Source of the DNA: an uncultured Chloroflexia bacterium
GTDB lineage: Bacteria > Chloroflexota > Limnocylindria > Limnocylindrales > CSP1-4
Direction: 5' to 3'
Assembly (NCBI GenBank): GCA_963752475.1
Contig: CAVVYR010000006.1
Coordinates: 352,001-416,000, forward strand
DNA length: 64,000 nt
In this document: in pieces, positions 1 to 8,781 of the stretch
Position numbering within the stretch: position 1 is the stretch's first letter
How the letters are laid out: each line of letters starts with the position of its first letter
The notes under the pieces: model-generated
Told to the model about the DNA's origin: nothing
The model's database searches: none
What the model saw: the letters and a program-made list of their open reading frames with translations, nothing else
Made by a program: the position numbers and the translations under genes

Positions 1-7
1 GTGGCCG

Positions 8-829
8 ATGTCTGAGCGCCGCGGCTGGCTGGGCCGCCATCTGGCCCCGATGGTCGTGGCCGTGATCTTCCTGCTGCCGCTGCTGTGGATGGTCACGACC
101 TCGCTGCGCGGTCCCGGGCTGGCGCCACCCTCGACGGTCGAGTGGGTGCCGCCGCAGGCCACGGTCGGCAACTACGGCTCGGTCTTCGAGCTGCTGCCCT
201 TCGGGCGCTATCTGCTCAACTCGCTCGTGGTGGTGGCGCTGGCGGTGCCGCTCACCATCGTCACGGCCTCGATGGCCGGCTTCGCCATGGCCCTGCTGGA
301 GCGGCGGGTGAGGGGAGCGCTGCTGGTGCTCTCGGTGGCGTTGCTGCTGGTGCCGGTGACCGCGCTGTGGCTGACGCGCTTCCTGCTCTTCAACTGGGTC
401 GGGCTGACCGACACGTTGGCCGCGCTGGTGGTCCCGGCGCTGGCGGGATCGAGCCCGCTGTTCGTGCTCATCTACTACTGGACCTTCCGTCGCGCGTCGG
501 CCGAGGTCTTCGAGATGGCCCACCTCGACGGGGCGGGACCGCTGGGTGTCTGGCGCCGCATCGCCATGCCCAACGCCTGGCCCTCGACGGTGGCGGTGGC
601 GGTACTGACGTTCATCCTCTACTGGAGCGACTTCATCAGCCCGCTGCTGTACCTGCGCGATCAGGACCTCTACACGCTGCCTCTGGGTCTACGACAGCTC
701 CAGCAGCTCGACCCCACCGGCTGGCCGCTGCTGATGGCCGGCGCGGTCATGCTCACGCTGCCGGCGGTGCTCTTCTTCCTCGTCGTGGGGCGGCTCTTCC
801 TCGGCGAGCGAGGTCTGGGTCGGGAGTAG
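8..829 (+). CDS. Carbohydrate ABC transporter permease (MalG type)
   Basis: Multiple TM segments, EAA-like loop EMAHLDGAG..RRIAMP, W.DF..PL motif. Confidence 0.9.
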   Translation: MSERRGWLGRHLAPMVVAVIFLLPLLWMVTTSLRGPGLAPPSTVEWVPPQATVGNYGSVFELLPFGRYLLNSLVVVALAVPLTIVTASMAGFAMALLERRVRGALLVLSVALLLVPVTALWLTRFLLFNWVGLTDTLAALVVPALAGSSPLFVLIYYWTFRRASAEVFEMAHLDGAGPLGVWRRIAMPNAWPSTVAVAVLTFILYWSDFISPLLYLRDQDLYTLPLGLRQLQQLDPTGWPLLMAGAVMLTLPAVLFFLVVGRLFLGERGLGRE

Positions 830-1069
830 TCAGGCCGCTTCGTAGGTCGCGAGGACGGTGCCTACCACCGCGTCCGCGCCGGCCTCGACGAGGATCTCGG
901 TCAGGCGTCCCGCGGCCGGCATCTCCAGGTCGACGTTGGCCTTCTCGGTCTCGATCTCGGCGATGACCTCACCCTCCATGACCGTGTCGCCGACAGCCTT
1001 GAGCCAGGCGCTCACGCGGGCTTCATCGGTCTCGGCACCGAGGTTGGGCATCTTGATGGGGAGGCTCAC
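830..1069 (-). CDS. Stand-alone biotin/lipoyl-attachment domain protein (about 79 aa)
   Basis: IKMPNLG...EIETEKANVDL lipoyl motif; GTG start at 1069 formed at the IS junction, with SD-like AGGAAGAGGG at 1077-1086 inside the IS end. Confidence 0.85.
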   Translation of the reverse strand: MSLPIKMPNLGAETDEARVSAWLKAVGDTVMEGEVIAEIETEKANVDLEMPAAGRLTEILVEAGADAVVGTVLATYEAA

Positions 1070-1089
1070 TGGTGCACCCTCTTCCTGTC

Positions 1090-1300
1090 GGTAGTCGCAG
1101 ATCGACTGCCGATGCACCCGAGGTGCCGTCGGGTCACTGCCCCGCTCGCTCGAACCTTCGAGGTCCAGCATGAGTTCCGCAGGGCCCGGCGGTCATCCGG
1201 GACGCCGTGACCGTCGACAGGGCTGTGCGCCATGGCCATCACCGGCCGGGAGCGCCGATCAGTGAGCTGACAGGCAGATGCGTCCCGGCACCGAGATGCG
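1090..1300 (+). ncRNA. Putative IS110 bridge RNA (boundaries approximate)
   Basis: GCATGAG 1168-1174 is the reverse complement of the target right flank; ACAGGGCT 1217-1224 equals the donor left flank; CAGTGAG 1260-1266 is the reverse complement of the donor right flank. Confidence 0.65.
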
Positions 1301-1338
1301 GGTGCCTCCCCACTGGGATCAGCAGCGAGGAGGCTGAC

Positions 1339-2607
1339 ATGCAGTCTGCCAGTATCACCCCGAGTCGGGGCTCGTCCGACCAGCCCGTCAGCGTCGCCGT
1401 CACCGGTGGCGTGGACTGGGCCAGCGCCGATCATGCCGTGGCCGTCGTCGACGACGATGGCCGCCAGCTCGCCCGCGAGCGCGTCGAGCACACCGCCGCG
1501 GGCCTGCGGGCGATGGTGCGGTTCCTGGCCGATCATGGCGTGGCCGAGGTCGCCATCGAGCGTGGCGACGGCCCGGTGGTCGAGGCCCTGCTCGACGCCG
1601 GGCTGACCGTCGTCGTCATCAGCCCCAACCAGCTCAAGGGCCTCCGTTCGCGCTACGGCTCGGCCGGCAACAAGGACGACCGCTTCGACGCCTTCGTGCT
1701 CGCCGACACCCTGCGCACCGACCGGGCCCGGCTTCGCCCGCTGACCCAGGACACCGAGGCCACGCGGACCCTGCGCGCCACCGTGCGGGCCCGTCGCGAC
1801 CTGGTCAGGCACCGCGTCGCGGTGTGCAACCAGCTTCGCGCCCACCTGCAGGCCACCTTCCCCGGCGTGGTCGGCCTGTTCGCAGAGCTGGACTCGCCGA
1901 TCAGCCTGGCCTTCCTGGCCCGCTTCGACTCCCAGGCACGTGCCGACTGGCTCTCCCCCGGGCGGCTGGCGGCCTGGCTGGCCAGCGTCGGCTACAGCGG
2001 CCGCAAGGACCCCGCCGACCTCCATGCCCGACTGCAGGCCGCACCCCGGGGCCCGGTCGGACCCGACGGTGCCGCCCGGGCCCATGTCACCCGCGCCCTG
2101 CTCAGCGTGCTCGACGGCCTGGTCGAGCAGATCGGGACCCTCGAGGCGCAGATCACCGAGCAGCTCGCCCTTCACGCCGACGCCCACATCTTCCGGTCCC
2201 TGCCCCGGAGCGGCACCGTCCGCGCCGCCCGGCTGCTCGCCGAGATCGGCGACGTCCGCGCCCGCTTCCCCGACGCCGCCTCCCTGGCCTGCCTGGCCGG
2301 CGTCGCGCCCTCGACCAGACAGTCCGGCAAGCACCGAGCCGTCACGTTCCGCTGGGCGGTCGACAAGGAGCTCCGCGACGCGGTCTGCGACTTCGCCGGC
2401 GACTCCCGACGCGCCAACCCCTGGGCCGCGAAGATCTATGACGACGCCATCGCCCGGGGCAAGGACCACCCCCACGCGACCCGCATCCTGGCCCGTGCCT
2501 GGCTCGGCGTGATCTGGCGCTGCTGGCAGGATGACGCCGCCTACGAACCCGCCCGACACCACGCCCTCCAGGCCATGCAGGACACCGCCATGGCGGCCCA
2601 GGGTTGA
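1339..2607 (+). CDS. IS110 transposase/recombinase
   Basis: DEDD RuvC-like motifs (GVDWA, AIER, KDDRFDA) and C-terminal AGVAPSTRQSGK; RBS GAGGAGG before ATG 1339. Confidence 0.95.
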   Translation: MQSASITPSRGSSDQPVSVAVTGGVDWASADHAVAVVDDDGRQLARERVEHTAAGLRAMVRFLADHGVAEVAIERGDGPVVEALLDAGLTVVVISPNQLKGLRSRYGSAGNKDDRFDAFVLADTLRTDRARLRPLTQDTEATRTLRATVRARRDLVRHRVAVCNQLRAHLQATFPGVVGLFAELDSPISLAFLARFDSQARADWLSPGRLAAWLASVGYSGRKDPADLHARLQAAPRGPVGPDGAARAHVTRALLSVLDGLVEQIGTLEAQITEQLALHADAHIFRSLPRSGTVRAARLLAEIGDVRARFPDAASLACLAGVAPSTRQSGKHRAVTFRWAVDKELRDAVCDFAGDSRRANPWAAKIYDDAIARGKDHPHATRILARAWLGVIWRCWQDDAAYEPARHHALQAMQDTAMAAQG

Positions 2608-2618
2608 CACAGGGCTAC

Positions 2619-4784
2619 TCATGCGTCGTCCTTTCCGGCCGCGGTCATGATGGCGGCCTCGATGTCGGCGTCCTGGATGTGCACGAAGTCCTCGAGCGGC
2701 TTGCTCACCGGCGAGTAGGCATCGAGGCCGGTCACGCGCAAGGGCGCGCTGCGCAGGAGCGCGTGCAGGTCGGGCTGCAGGTAGTCCAGGATGCGCCCGC
2801 CCATCGAGAGCGTGCGCTGGGCATCCTCGGCGATGACGAGCGCCCCCGTGCGAGCGACCGAATCCAGCACGGCCGCGCGCGGGAAGCTGGGCTCGTCGAG
2901 CCAGCGCGGGTCGAGGACCTCGGCTTCGACGCCGCGGTCGGCCAGCGTGGCGGTCACCTCTGCCACACGCGTGGCCGCGTAGCCCCAGGTCAGGACGGTC
3001 ACATCGCGCCCTGATCGCACCAGGCGTGCCTTCCCGAACTCGACCACGTGGTCGAAGCCGGCGCCCGGGAGCACACCCGTGATCTTGGCCAGGCGATGGT
3101 CGTCGATGATGAGCACCGGGTCACGACTGAGCACGGCCGCGTTCCAGCAGCCGACGTAGTCGGCCGGGGTCGTGGGTGCGGCCACGCGCCAGCCGGGATA
3201 GGACGTGAACAGGCCGGCCGGGTCGCAGGAGTGCTGCGGTCCGTAGCCGCGCCCCCGGGCGATCTGCGTGCGCGCGATGACGGGCACCTCGTGGTCGCCG
3301 CCATACATGTAGCGGCTCTTGGCGATGTGGTTGAAGAGCTGGTCGGTGGCCTCGAGTACGAAGTCGGGGTACATGAACTCGATGATCGGATGCATGCCCG
3401 CGAGCGCCGCTCCGAGGGCTGCGCCACTGAAGCCGTTCTCGCAGATGGGCGTCGAGAGGAGCTGCTGCGGGCGCGAGGCCACGGCTGACCGGGTCATGCC
3501 CACCGTGCCGCCGCCGAGGTGGCCGACCTCCTCGCCCAGGTAGATGGCCTCTGGGTCACGCTCGAGCGTGCGACCGATGACGCCCTGCGCGGCCTCGGCG
3601 TAGGTGACCGGCGCAGCCTCAGGGTCCGGCGTCGCGTCGAGGCGCTCGTAAGGGAGGTCCGGGAGGCCCGGGCCGAGCATGCCGCGATGGGCGTCCTCGA
3701 CCGGCGGGTAGAGCTCGGGCGGGATGGCTGGTCCGTCGTCGGTCTCGACCGTCAGTGCCGCCACGCAGCGGGCCACGAGCGCGTTGGCCAGGCCCTGCAC
3801 GTGCTGCACTTGCTCGGCACTGAGCAGCTCGGCTTCGATCACGCCGCGAGGCCAGGCGACCGCCGGGTCGCGATCCTTCCACTCGCGCTCCTCGTCCTTG
3901 CTGCGGTACTTGAAGGCCGAGCCGGGGAGGGGACCGTTCTGGTGGTAGTAGCGGTAGGTCACGGCTTCGACGAAGACCGGCCCGTGGGTGACCGCATGCT
4001 CGCGTGCTTGTGCCATCGCCTCGTATACCGCCACCGGGTCCATGCCGTCGACCACGAGCGCGGGCATGTCGTAGCCCGCGGCGCGCTTGGCCAGGCGCGT
4101 GAAGCCGGCCGTCTCCTGCACCGTGGTAGCGACCGAGTACTGGTTGTTCTCCAGCAGCAGGATGAGCGGCAGATCCCAGGCCCGCGCCAGTGCCGCCGCT
4201 TCGTGGAAGGCACCGATCTGGCTGGCACCGTCGCCGAACGAAGCCACGCCCACGTCACCCGTCCCGCGCAGCTTCGAGGCCAGGGCATAGCCGCCGGCGG
4301 GCGGGATGCCACCACCCACGATAGCCGTGGTCATGACACCGCCTTCGCGGTCCCACAGGTGCATCGAGCCGCCGCGGCCGTGGCAGAGCCCTTGTTCGAG
4401 GCCCATGATCTCGGCCATCGTGCGCTGCACGGGTTCGGCCATGGCCTCGGTCACCGTCTCGGCCGTGAAGGGGTCGAAGTCATCCGGGGTAGCCGAGAGC
4501 AGCAGCTTGGCCACCACGTCGTGATGGGCGCGATGGGTCGAGGTCAGCCAGTCACTCGGGCGCAAGGCCAGTGCCGCGCCCGTGGCCGTGGCCTCCTGGC
4601 CGATGCTCGAGTGCAGCGGTCCGTGCACCAGGCCCGCGTTGTCGAGCAGCCACTTCTCGAAGCGACGGATGGTCCCGATGCTGAGGATGGCCAGCCCCAG
4701 GCGGCGCTTGGGCGTGCCGGCGAGCACGTCCGTGGACAGCTCGTAGCGGGTGAGGCCGGGCGTCGTCGTCGGCTCTGCGGTCAT
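2619..4784 (-). CDS. Fused E1 alpha/beta TPP-dependent 2-oxoacid/acetoin dehydrogenase-like protein
   Basis: HSSIGQEA, GRGGSMH, GDGA...ENNQY TPP motif; beta half with TPICENG, EFMYPDF, GPQHS. Confidence 0.92.
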   Translation of the reverse strand: MTAEPTTTPGLTRYELSTDVLAGTPKRRLGLAILSIGTIRRFEKWLLDNAGLVHGPLHSSIGQEATATGAALALRPSDWLTSTHRAHHDVVAKLLLSATPDDFDPFTAETVTEAMAEPVQRTMAEIMGLEQGLCHGRGGSMHLWDREGGVMTTAIVGGGIPPAGGYALASKLRGTGDVGVASFGDGASQIGAFHEAAALARAWDLPLILLLENNQYSVATTVQETAGFTRLAKRAAGYDMPALVVDGMDPVAVYEAMAQAREHAVTHGPVFVEAVTYRYYHQNGPLPGSAFKYRSKDEEREWKDRDPAVAWPRGVIEAELLSAEQVQHVQGLANALVARCVAALTVETDDGPAIPPELYPPVEDAHRGMLGPGLPDLPYERLDATPDPEAAPVTYAEAAQGVIGRTLERDPEAIYLGEEVGHLGGGTVGMTRSAVASRPQQLLSTPICENGFSGAALGAALAGMHPIIEFMYPDFVLEATDQLFNHIAKSRYMYGGDHEVPVIARTQIARGRGYGPQHSCDPAGLFTSYPGWRVAAPTTPADYVGCWNAAVLSRDPVLIIDDHRLAKITGVLPGAGFDHVVEFGKARLVRSGRDVTVLTWGYAATRVAEVTATLADRGVEAEVLDPRWLDEPSFPRAAVLDSVARTGALVIAEDAQRTLSMGGRILDYLQPDLHALLRSAPLRVTGLDAYSPVSKPLEDFVHIQDADIEAAIMTAAGKDDA

Positions 4785-4803
4785 GGTGCTCCCCCTGCTG
4801 GGC

Positions 4804-5082
4804 TCAGGCGATGGTCTCGGGGATCTCGTCGGGCATGGCCTCGCCGGGCGCGAGGATGACCGCGATCACGGTGTTGTTGGGCACGATGTCGCCCTCGCCG
4901 TGGACGATCTTCGCGAGCACGCCGGCCGCGGTCGCCTCCAGCTCCACGGTGGCCTTGTCGGTCTCGACCTCCACGACGGGCTGACCCTTGCTGACGCTGT
5001 CACCCTCGGACACGAGCCAGGAGACGATCTCGCCCTCCTCCTGGTTCATGCCCAGCTTCGGCAGTGGGAAGAACGTGGCCAT
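4804..5082 (-). CDS. Stand-alone lipoyl domain protein
   Basis: LPKLG...EVETDKAT lipoyl-lysine motif, 92 aa, no catalytic E2 domain. Confidence 0.9.
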   Translation of the reverse strand: MATFFPLPKLGMNQEEGEIVSWLVSEGDSVSKGQPVVEVETDKATVELEATAAGVLAKIVHGEGDIVPNNTVIAVILAPGEAMPDEIPETIA

Positions 5083-5103
5083 CGGTGTTGGACCTCCTTC
5101 GCC

Positions 5104-6114
5104 TCAGCGGCCGACGGCAGCGAGGACGGTTCGTTCGATGCGGGCCTCGTCGGGGATGACGAGGGCTTCGAGTGCGCGGTTGTAGGGCATGGGCACGTCG
5201 AGCCCGGCCACGATGCGCGGCTGCTCCTTGATCAGCTCGAAGCCGCGCTCCACGACCTGGGAGACGATCTCCCCGCCGATGTTCGAGCGCCGGTTGGCCT
5301 CGTGGACCACGACCAGTCGGCCGGTCTTCTCGAGTGAGGTCAGGACCGTCTCGTAGTCGAAGGGATAGACGGTGCGCGGGTCGATGACCTCGCACTCCAC
5401 CCCTTCAGCCGCGAGCCGCTCCGCCGCGGCCATGGCCTTGTGACGCATGATGCTGATGGCCACGACGGTGACGTCATCGCCCTCGCGAACGACATCGGCC
5501 TGACCGAAGGGGATGGTGTATTCCTCGACCGGCACCTCGCCCTTGATCTCGTAGCCGCGCTTGTGCTCGAAGAAGAGCACCGGATCATCGCTGCGGATGG
5601 CCGTGCGCAGCAGGCCCTTCACGTCGCCTGGGGTCGAGGGCATGACGATCTGCAGGCCGGGCACGGCGCTGAACCAGTTCTCGAACGATTGACTGTGCTG
5701 TGCCGCCTGCCCGCCGCCGGCACCGACCGGGGCACGGATGACCAGCGGCACGCTGATGGCGCCGCCGAACATGTAGCGGATCTTGGCGATCTGGTTGACC
5801 AGCTGGTCCATGCCGATGGTGATCCAGTCGCTGAAGAGGATCTCGGCGATGGGGCGGAGGCCGGTCGCCGCGGCACCCAGGGAGGCGCCCACGATGGCGG
5901 CTTCGCTGATGGGCGTATCGAGGACACGCTGCGGCCCGAACTCGTCCCATAGCCCTTTGGTCACGCCAAAGGGGTTGCCGCGCACGCCCACGTCGCAGCC
6001 GAGGATGATCACCGACGGGTCGCGAGCCATCTCCTCGCGCAGCGTCTCGTTGATGGCGCGCTTGACGTTCATGCGCCGGGGCTTGGACGCGGTCGGTGCT
6101 GGCTGTGCGGTCAT
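5104..6114 (-). CDS. TPP-dependent dehydrogenase E1 beta subunit (AcoB/PdhB-like)
   Basis: DTPISEAA, DQLVNQIAK, AAQHSQS, FFEHK motifs. Confidence 0.93.
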   Translation of the reverse strand: MTAQPAPTASKPRRMNVKRAINETLREEMARDPSVIILGCDVGVRGNPFGVTKGLWDEFGPQRVLDTPISEAAIVGASLGAAATGLRPIAEILFSDWITIGMDQLVNQIAKIRYMFGGAISVPLVIRAPVGAGGGQAAQHSQSFENWFSAVPGLQIVMPSTPGDVKGLLRTAIRSDDPVLFFEHKRGYEIKGEVPVEEYTIPFGQADVVREGDDVTVVAISIMRHKAMAAAERLAAEGVECEVIDPRTVYPFDYETVLTSLEKTGRLVVVHEANRRSNIGGEIVSQVVERGFELIKEQPRIVAGLDVPMPYNRALEALVIPDEARIERTVLAAVGR

Positions 6115-7190
6115 CGGCCGATCTTCTGCTGGGCCATGAACTCGTCGGAGTAGAGCCCATCGTAGAGGGTGTCGAGCTCCGGCTGCGGCGCGGCCTTGGC
6201 GAAGGCCACGGCATCCTCCACGCGGGCCGCGGCGGTCTCATCGGCTTCCTGCAACCAGCCTTCGTCCGCTGCTCCGGACTCCAGCAGGAAGGTCCCCAGG
6301 CGCGTGATGGGGTCGAAGCGTTCCCAGGCCTCGTTGCCGTCGGTGTCGCGATAGGCCTCATCGTCGGCGACGAAGTGGCCGATGTAGCGGTAGTAGCGGG
6401 CCTCGATGAGCGTGGGCCCCTTTCCGGCACGAGCGCGCTCGGCGGCCTCCGCCACGGCGTCGTGGACGGCGATGGCGTTGAAGCCGTCGACGGTCACCCC
6501 GGGGATGCCGTAGCCGACCGCCCGGTCGGCCACCGAGGGGTTGCCCACGGCTTGCTCGTAGGGCATCGAGATGGCCCACTGGTTGTTCTCGCAGAGGAAG
6601 ATGACCGGCAGCTCCCAGGCCGCGGCGAGGTTGATCGATTCGTGCCACACACCCTGGTTGGTGGCGCCATCGCCGTGGAAGCAGACCGTCACGTGGTCCT
6701 GCCCCAGGGTCTTGGCCGTGAGTGCGGCGCCGACCGCGATGGGCATGGCCGAGCCCACGATGCCCGTCGCGCCGAGCATGCCCATGTCGACCGCGGCGAT
6801 GTGCATCGAACCGCCCTTGCCCTTGTTGTACCCGGGTGAACGGCCCATGAGCTCGGCCATCATGCGGCGCGGATCGCCGCCCTTGGCGATGGTGTGGCCG
6901 TGGCCACGGTGGGTGCTGGTGATGTGGTCGCCGTCACGCAGGGCCGCGCAGGCCCCCACGGCGATGGCTTCGGCACAGACGTACGAGTGGGCCAGGCCGT
7001 AGATGAAGTCCTGCTTCCACAGCTCCTTGACCGCGCTGTCGAACTCGCGGATGAGGCGCATGCCCTCGTAGATGCGCTTGAGCTCGTGGGCCGGGAGCGC
7101 ATCCGAGCCGGTCAGCGGAGTGAGGGTGTCGCGCTCGAAGGCAGCCACCGCTGCTGCGTTCTCCTCGAGCGAGATGCGGTGCCGCGTCAT
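6111..7190 (-). CDS. TPP-dependent dehydrogenase E1 alpha subunit (AcoA/PdhA-like)
   Basis: STHRGHGH, GKGGSMH, GDGATNQG...ENNQW. Confidence 0.93.
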   Translation of the reverse strand: MTRHRISLEENAAAVAAFERDTLTPLTGSDALPAHELKRIYEGMRLIREFDSAVKELWKQDFIYGLAHSYVCAEAIAVGACAALRDGDHITSTHRGHGHTIAKGGDPRRMMAELMGRSPGYNKGKGGSMHIAAVDMGMLGATGIVGSAMPIAVGAALTAKTLGQDHVTVCFHGDGATNQGVWHESINLAAAWELPVIFLCENNQWAISMPYEQAVGNPSVADRAVGYGIPGVTVDGFNAIAVHDAVAEAAERARAGKGPTLIEARYYRYIGHFVADDEAYRDTDGNEAWERFDPITRLGTFLLESGAADEGWLQEADETAAARVEDAVAFAKAAPQPELDTLYDGLYSDEFMAQQKIGR

Positions 7191-7951
7191 GCCCGCAGCT
7201 CGATGACCTCACCCGGCTCGGGAGCGACCACGCTGGGCTGCCACTCACCGGCGGCCGTGTGGGTCTCCATGAGCTTGAGGAAGGCCTGCACGGCCGGGTG
7301 GCTGGGCCACTGGTAGTGGCTGGCGATGACGTGGTTGAGCCCGAGCCACTGGCTGGCCATGACCGCCTCCTGCACCGTGACCTCGCCGCCACGGTAGACC
7401 TCGAAGTGCGGCAGCGAATCCTCCGGCAGGGCCACGACCATGAGCCCGTGCGTGGGTCGGTACAGCTCCCCGAAGAGCCGGAAGTCGTAGGTCATCGCCG
7501 AGTCGCCCTGGTGGTAGAGGCGGACCCCCGGTCCGGCGTCGACCATGAAGCCCATGGCCGGGCCACTGAGCAGCTCGCCGTCCGGCGTCACCGAGAAGGA
7601 CCAGTGGTGGCTCTCGACCGGGTGTACCGGCACGCCTGCCACGGTCATGGGGATGCCCCAGATGGTGACCCGGATCTGGTCGGGATCGACGCCGTGCACG
7701 GTGGTCAGGTTGTGGGCCACGTCCTTGGCGCAGATGACCGGGCACCCGTCCCGCTTGAGGATCTCGGCGGCTTCGCCCTGGTGGTCGTAGGCCGCATGCG
7801 TCACGAGCACCAGGTCGACCTTGTCGAGGTCCTGCCAGGAGAGGGGACAGGCGGGATTCGAGTCCATGTACGGGTCCATCACGACCCGCGTGCCAGCCTC
7901 GGTCACGAGCTCGTAGCCCGCGGTGCCGAAGAACCGAAGTGTCGCCGTCAT
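7187..7951 (-). CDS. Metallo-beta-lactamase-fold hydrolase (UPF0173-like)
   Basis: VMDPY, THAAYDH, HQGDS, ASHY motifs; AAGGAG RBS before ATG 7951. Confidence 0.85.
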   Translation of the reverse strand: MTATLRFFGTAGYELVTEAGTRVVMDPYMDSNPACPLSWQDLDKVDLVLVTHAAYDHQGEAAEILKRDGCPVICAKDVAHNLTTVHGVDPDQIRVTIWGIPMTVAGVPVHPVESHHWSFSVTPDGELLSGPAMGFMVDAGPGVRLYHQGDSAMTYDFRLFGELYRPTHGLMVVALPEDSLPHFEVYRGGEVTVQEAVMASQWLGLNHVIASHYQWPSHPAVQAFLKLMETHTAAGEWQPSVVAPEPGEVIELRA

Positions 7952-8018
7952 GAGTCGCTCCTTGCTGCCCTCGGGTGCCAGCTTGTCCGCGTCCAGCGTG
8001 TCGGTCGTCGGGCTGTCC

Positions 8019-8033
8019 GATTGTAGTACAATC
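8019..8033. promoter_or_regulatory. Palindromic operator GATTGTA-G-TACAATC, probably GntR-family, overlapping a -10-like TACAAT
   Basis: Perfect AT-rich palindrome between divergent operons, next to a GntR gene. Confidence 0.7.
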
Positions 8034-8073
8034 CTGCGACGCGAGTCCACCAACGAGGACCGACACCCGATCC

Positions 8074-8781
8074 ATGAGCATGGAACAGGCGACGCTCGAT
8101 CGGCCGCCCAGCCTGACCGACGCGGTCGTGGCGCACATCCGCGACGGAATCATCCGCGGGACCTACGCGCCCGGCCAGCCGCTGACCGAGGCCCAGCTGT
8201 CAGACGAGCTGGGGACCTCGCGCGGTACGGTCAGGGAGGCGCTGCGTGTGCTCGCGGGCCTGGGTCTGGTCGAACGCTCGGCGCATCGTGGCGCGGCGGT
8301 CTCGCGGCTCACGGCCAAGCGGGCCGAGGAGATCTACACGCTGCGTGCGTCCCTCGAGTCGTTGGCGGCGCAGCTGGCCGTGGAGCGCGGGCACCTCGAC
8401 GACGCCGCGCTGGTGGTGCTCACGACCCACGTGGACGCCATCGAGCATGCTGCCCGGCGCGATGACCTGCAGGGCATGGTGCACGCGGACATCGATTTCC
8501 ACCGCGCGCTCTCGGCCTACTCAGGCCACGACCTGCTGATGGAGCACCTCGACGCCATCCAGGTGCACAGCCGTCGGCTGCTCTTCTACAGCGACCTCTA
8601 CCAGCCCGAACCGGAGCTGGTCGTGCGTCGTCACCGCGAGCTGCTGCGGGTGCTGCAGTCCGGCGACGCGTACGCGGTGGCCAGCGCCATCGACGAGCAC
8701 ATCAGCGGGCCGGGCCGGGACATCGTGGAGAAGATGCTCGCGCGCGAGCAGTACGGAGAGGGGACCGATGAAGACGCGTGA
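8074..8781 (+). CDS. GntR-family (FCD) transcriptional regulator
   Basis: wHTH LSDELGTSRGTVREAL; FCD motif DIDFH. Confidence 0.93.
   Translation: MSMEQATLDRPPSLTDAVVAHIRDGIIRGTYAPGQPLTEAQLSDELGTSRGTVREALRVLAGLGLVERSAHRGAAVSRLTAKRAEEIYTLRASLESLAAQLAVERGHLDDAALVVLTTHVDAIEHAARRDDLQGMVHADIDFHRALSAYSGHDLLMEHLDAIQVHSRRLLFYSDLYQPEPELVVRRHRELLRVLQSGDAYAVASAIDEHISGPGRDIVEKMLAREQYGEGTDEDA

Larger units (their letters stand above)
1069..2621 (+). mobile_element. IS110-family insertion sequence (1553 bp)
   Basis: CTCA repeated at 1065-1068 and 2618-2621; removing the element restores GCATGAGCCTCCCCATCAAG (E1 stop overlapping the lipoyl gene ATG); no terminal inverted repeats; long left non-coding end. 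Confidence 0.9.
1066..2622 (-). other. Element-spanning antisense ORF (hed-like, 518 aa) starting at the host ATG
   Basis: ATG overlaps the upstream E1 stop (ATGA) and its TGA overlaps the downstream GTG (GTGA); no internal stop; protein function unsupported. Confidence 0.5.

Noticed and set aside
1327-1335. GAGGAGGCT as the left target guide (8/9 match to target GGGGAGGCT)
   Set aside because: It lies downstream of both candidate loops and coincides with the transposase RBS; probably coincidental.
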